Shown here: piece after piece, positions 28,190-32,000 of the stretch
How the letters are laid out: each line of letters opens with the position of its first letter
How positions within the stretch are numbered: the first letter of the stretch is position 1
The notes under the pieces: generated by a model
What the model was told of the DNA's origin: nothing
Seen by the model: only the letters and a program-made list of their open reading frames with translations
The model's database searches: none
Translations under genes and position numbers: made by a program
Source: Patescibacteria group bacterium
GTDB lineage: Bacteria; Patescibacteriota; Patescibacteriia; 2-01-FULL-39-33
Length of the DNA: 32,000 nt
Assembly: GCA_041662745.1 (NCBI GenBank)
Contig: JBAZRV010000001.1
Location: 120,001-152,000 of the forward strand
Reading direction: 5' to 3'

Positions 28190-29458
28190 ATGTCTCAAGA
28201 AGAATCTGATAATTTAATGTCGGCAGGCAATAACCGGGAAGCAGAAAGCCGTCATGAAAGAGATTTATCTGATGAAATAAAGATTGCCGTAATCAGGGCG
28301 GAAAAAGCGCTTAAAGAACGGAATTTGCCCGTGACGATTATTTATAACTCCCTACTTAACGGTTTGGCCATGCTTTGCGGCGGCCATGTGGAATTGATTC
28401 GCCAGCTATTGTCCCTGAAGAATGAAGCAGAAGACGGTCAAATAGAGACGTTTGTTTATGCATTAGAAGATATCTTTTCTTGGTATTTATCAGCAAAGTT
28501 TTCCAGCCAAGAGATATTTAGTTGGTTTGGGGGCGGCGGCCTGAAGGATGATGAGATAACTAATGCTTTGGTTATGTCTCTACTTTGGAATGGCACTGAT
28601 TATGAGGGTCTTAGCGACGAAGCTATCACTGATTATATCTTGGCCAGTCATTGGGATCAACCGCGACAAATGGCAGCTATGGTTAGGGGCGGTATTATTA
28701 CGCCCCACACGCTTAGGCTCCTGAATAATTTTTATGGCGGTATGGATGTTGTTATGGAACTGATCGGCAAGGGCGGTTGTTTTGATAAGGACGCCCTCAG
28801 AGTTGTTCAAACGATCCATGTTCCCAGCAACAAGGACCCCAAGAAAACCGTTCCGCAATGGACTAAGCGGAAGATATGGTATTTCTGGGACCGATTAGGG
28901 ATAACCGATGAGCAAAAGATTTCTCTATTTCATCAAGCATTGGGCGTTGAAAGTTTAGTTGCTTTTTTACGCTCTTTGCCCATGAATGAAAAACAGATAA
29001 TAGTTCTTCTGCAGTCGCTTAGCGAACCCTTAGGCACGATTGCCGATATGCTTTCATCAAAGGTCGTTCCCAAAGATTTTTTGGCGGGCGATACGGATCA
29101 GCCCCGGAAAATTTCAGTTGATGCTACGCGGATACCTCCTGAATTCATATCCTTCGTTAAGGAACAAGGCAAGAGCGACCAGGAGTTAGTCGGGGTTTTA
29201 ATGGATCATGAATTCACTTTGTATATGATTGCCACCAGCCTAATCGCCGCTGGTTGGGAACCGTTTCGGACATTAATCGCCCTGCTTCAATCAGGCTGTA
29301 ATTTTATCTTGGTTTCCCGGATGATTGAGGCGGCGGCGGAAAGCTTTAAAGCCGGTCATAACTCCATTTGGAAGCCGGAGGTAATTGCCGCTTGGCGCAA
29401 ATTAGTGAAAGATAAGATGGAAGAATCGGCCGATCATGAAATTTTTGGTCAGCCATAG
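28190..29458 (+). CDS. Hypothetical protein, 422 aa, predominantly helical, no family recognised
   Basis: Complete ORF; AAGGAGG Shine-Dalgarno 6-7 nt upstream of ATG 28190 (ORF-track start at 28184 is a GTG inside the SD spacer). Confidence 0.8.
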   Translation: MSQEESDNLMSAGNNREAESRHERDLSDEIKIAVIRAEKALKERNLPVTIIYNSLLNGLAMLCGGHVELIRQLLSLKNEAEDGQIETFVYALEDIFSWYLSAKFSSQEIFSWFGGGGLKDDEITNALVMSLLWNGTDYEGLSDEAITDYILASHWDQPRQMAAMVRGGIITPHTLRLLNNFYGGMDVVMELIGKGGCFDKDALRVVQTIHVPSNKDPKKTVPQWTKRKIWYFWDRLGITDEQKISLFHQALGVESLVAFLRSLPMNEKQIIVLLQSLSEPLGTIADMLSSKVVPKDFLAGDTDQPRKISVDATRIPPEFISFVKEQGKSDQELVGVLMDHEFTLYMIATSLIAAGWEPFRTLIALLQSGCNFILVSRMIEAAAESFKAGHNSIWKPEVIAAWRKLVKDKMEESADHEIFGQP

Positions 29459-29480
29459 TATTAGCTCTTTATAGCCAAAC

Positions 29481-29511
29481 AAAAGCGTCCCCGCTTGACA
29501 GGGACGCTTTT
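29481..29511. terminator. Convergent bidirectional terminator
   Basis: AAAAGCGTCCC-CGCTTGACA-GGGACGCTTTT. Confidence 0.85.
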
Positions 29512-29518
29512 TTATTTT

Positions 29519-31996
29519 TTACAGCAATGTTACATTGGCCACAGTATCTTTTTCTTCTTTAAAACGCATTACTCTGACTCCTTGCGTATCGCGACCCAGA
29601 ATACTGACGGTTTTGACGGGCAAACGAATGACCTGGCCGTGATTGGAGATTATAATCATATCGGCAGAATCATCATAGATCAGTTTGCCGGTGATTATTT
29701 CCCCGGTTTTAGAGGTGATTTTGGCTGTCTTGATGCCCGAACCGCCGCGTCCCTGGACTTTATAATATTTGAGTTCGGTTTGTTTGCCGAAACCGTTAGC
29801 CATGATAATCATAAGCCTGGCCACCTTCTCGTCTTTGGGATCAAAAACCGCCATGCCCACCACTTCATCCTTGCTCTTCAAGCGGACGCCCCTGACACCG
29901 GAGGAGGTTCGCCCCATAGAGCGGACATCGGCTTCTTTGAACCTGATGGCTTGTCCCAACTTAGTAACCAGGATAATGTTTTCTGCGCCCTTGGACGGTT
30001 GAACCCATTGCAAGTCGTCATCATTCTTCAGTTTGATGGCAATTAATCCGGAACGACGGACATTTTTGAAATCCTCAATCTTAGATTTCTTGATTGTCCC
30101 GCGGTTAGTCACCATGACCAAAAACTTGTCATTTTCCACCTCGGTAGAGGGCAGAATGGCCGAGACTTTTTCATTGGGCGATAGTTGCAGGAAATTAACC
30201 AAGGCTTGGCCCTTGGCCGTACGCGAGGATTGCGGCACGTCATAACCCTTAAGCTGGAAGACGCGTCCGCGATTAGTAAAAAACATCAGGTCGGCGTGCG
30301 TTGAGGTTAAGAAGAAATGTTCTACGGAGTCTTCTTCTTTAGTGGTTAATCCGATTACTCCCTTGCCCCCTCGTCCTTGGGTTTTAAAGGTATCGGGCGG
30401 CAGGCGTTTGATATAGCCGTCATTGGTAACCATAACGATCATTTCTTCATCTGGAATCAAATCCTCGGTTTTGAAGCTATCTACGCCATGGACGATAATT
30501 TGAGTGCGCCTCGGCTCGCCGAATTTTTCTTTTAATTCTAAAATTTCCGTCTTGATCAAACCCAATATTCGGGCCGGTGATTTCAATAGCGTTTCCAATT
30601 CTTTAATTAACTTCATTTTTTCTTTCAATTCCGTTTCAATCTTAATTTTCTCTAAATTGGCCAATTGTTGCAGCTTCATTTCCAAAATAGCTACAGCTTG
30701 CCGTTCGCTTAGTTTGAATTTTTTAATCAAATTCAACTTGGCATCGTCTTTATCCTTGGATTTTTTAATGGCAGTGATGATTTCATCAATGTGCGCCAAA
30801 GCCATAACCAAGCCCTCTAAGATATGGGCGCGATCTTTGGCTTTGTCCAGTTCAAATTGGGTGCGGCGGGTGATGACTTCTTGGCGATGCTTGAGATATT
30901 CTTCCAAAACCATTTTTAAGTTCAATACTTTTGGTTGAATGCCATCCACTAAAGCTAAAACGTTGAAATGAAAGGTATCCTGCAATTGCGTGAATTTGAA
31001 CAATTGATTAAGGATTTTTTGCGGATAGGCGTCTTTTTTAATTTCAATCACAACGCGTACGCCGTCTTTATTGGATTCATCGCGCAAATCTTTAATGCCT
31101 TCAATTTTCTTATCCTTGACCAGCTCGGCAATTTTTTCCAATAAAGTAGCTTTATTGGTTTGATAGTTAACTTCGGTGATGATGATGCGGTAGAGTCCGG
31201 TCTTGGTTTCTTCTATGTCTGTTTTGGCACGGCAAACTACGCCTCCCTTGCCGGTTAAGTAGGCCTGTTTAATATCATTAACATTGTAGATAATCCCGCC
31301 GGTGGGAAAATCCGGCCCCTTGATGAATTTAACCAAATCCTCAACTTCGCAGTCCGGATTATCAATTAAGTGCACTACGCCGTCAACAACCTCGCCCAAG
31401 TTATGCGGAGGAATGTTGGTTGCCATACCGACAGCTATTCCTTGAGTGCCGTTGATCAGCAGATTGGGTAACTTGGCGGGCAAGACGCGCGGCTCTTTAT
31501 GGGCGCCGTCATAATTGGGTATGAAGTTGACCGTATTTTTATCAATATCAAACAGCATTTCCTCGGCAATGGGAGAAAGCTTGGCTTCGGTGTAACGCAT
31601 GGCGGCAGCGCTGTCGCCATCCATGGAGCCGAAGTTCCCTTGGCCTTTGACTAAAGGATGGCGCAAGGAGAAATCTTGAGCCATGCGCACCATAGTCTCA
31701 TAAATGGCCGAGTCGCCGTGCGGATGGTATTTGGCCATGACTTCGCCGACCACGTTGGCGGATTTGCGGAACTTTGCATTAGCGCGCAATCCAATGTCCC
31801 ACATAGCATATAAGACGCGGCGATGCACCGGCTTTAAGCCGTCACGGACATCGGGCAAGGCGCGCGAAACAATAACCGACATGGCGTAATCCAAATAGCT
31901 TTGCTGAACCTCCTCGCTGATCAGGCGATCGGTGATGGCATTTGGATTGGCGTTAAAATCAAGGTATTGTTGGCTGCGATCTTCTTTTTTGGACAT
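29519..31996 (-). CDS. gyrA: DNA gyrase subunit A
   Basis: [51 protein letters not shown] (GyrA box). Confidence 0.96.
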   Translation of the reverse strand: MSKKEDRSQQYLDFNANPNAITDRLISEEVQQSYLDYAMSVIVSRALPDVRDGLKPVHRRVLYAMWDIGLRANAKFRKSANVVGEVMAKYHPHGDSAIYETMVRMAQDFSLRHPLVKGQGNFGSMDGDSAAAMRYTEAKLSPIAEEMLFDIDKNTVNFIPNYDGAHKEPRVLPAKLPNLLINGTQGIAVGMATNIPPHNLGEVVDGVVHLIDNPDCEVEDLVKFIKGPDFPTGGIIYNVNDIKQAYLTGKGGVVCRAKTDIEETKTGLYRIIITEVNYQTNKATLLEKIAELVKDKKIEGIKDLRDESNKDGVRVVIEIKKDAYPQKILNQLFKFTQLQDTFHFNVLALVDGIQPKVLNLKMVLEEYLKHRQEVITRRTQFELDKAKDRAHILEGLVMALAHIDEIITAIKKSKDKDDAKLNLIKKFKLSERQAVAILEMKLQQLANLEKIKIETELKEKMKLIKELETLLKSPARILGLIKTEILELKEKFGEPRRTQIIVHGVDSFKTEDLIPDEEMIVMVTNDGYIKRLPPDTFKTQGRGGKGVIGLTTKEEDSVEHFFLTSTHADLMFFTNRGRVFQLKGYDVPQSSRTAKGQALVNFLQLSPNEKVSAILPSTEVENDKFLVMVTNRGTIKKSKIEDFKNVRRSGLIAIKLKNDDDLQWVQPSKGAENIILVTKLGQAIRFKEADVRSMGRTSSGVRGVRLKSKDEVVGMAVFDPKDEKVARLMIIMANGFGKQTELKYYKVQGRGGSGIKTAKITSKTGEIITGKLIYDDSADMIIISNHGQVIRLPVKTVSILGRDTQGVRVMRFKEEKDTVANVTLL

Positions 31997-32000
31997 AAAC

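Noticed and set aside
29495-31889. Plus-strand ORFs over gyrA
   Set aside because: Antisense shadows of gyrA with no recognisable domains.

Overview
The window looks like a Patescibacteria/CPR-type bacterial chromosome segment around the replication origin. I infer this from the minimal dnaA/dnaN/rpmH/rnpA/yidD/yidC locus, an unlinked 16S gene, tRNAs without encoded CCA, and the secreted-protein domains. There is no transposase, CRISPR array or recognisable defence system. Well-supported features are a 16S rRNA gene on the minus strand and a three-tRNA cluster (Ile-GAT, Phe-GAA, Pro-TGG) headed by an 87-aa orphan ORF. A separate tRNA-Glu has a near-consensus promoter. The protein-coding content is trmD, a KH-domain protein, a tandemly duplicated GspE/PilB-type ATPase, tsaD/tsaE, a VanW protein, Hsp20, a bactofilin, a degenerate DAG-kinase-like protein, dnaN, dnaA, rpmH, rnpA, yidD, yidC, a class A PBP, ruvC, yebC, gyrA and a large DUF5060/GH-like protein with TSP1-like repeats. 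The observations most worth following up are: (1) a group I intron of about 242 nt in the anticodon loop of tRNA-Phe(GAA); (2) a family of degenerate 7-nt-period repeats in the tRNA spacers, with a fourth-type array inside the trmD coding sequence; (3) a single polypeptide with two complete T2SS/T4P ATPase modules; (4) a very acidic 52-aa sORF with its own promoter and terminator; and (5) two DnaA-box clusters flanking dnaA.
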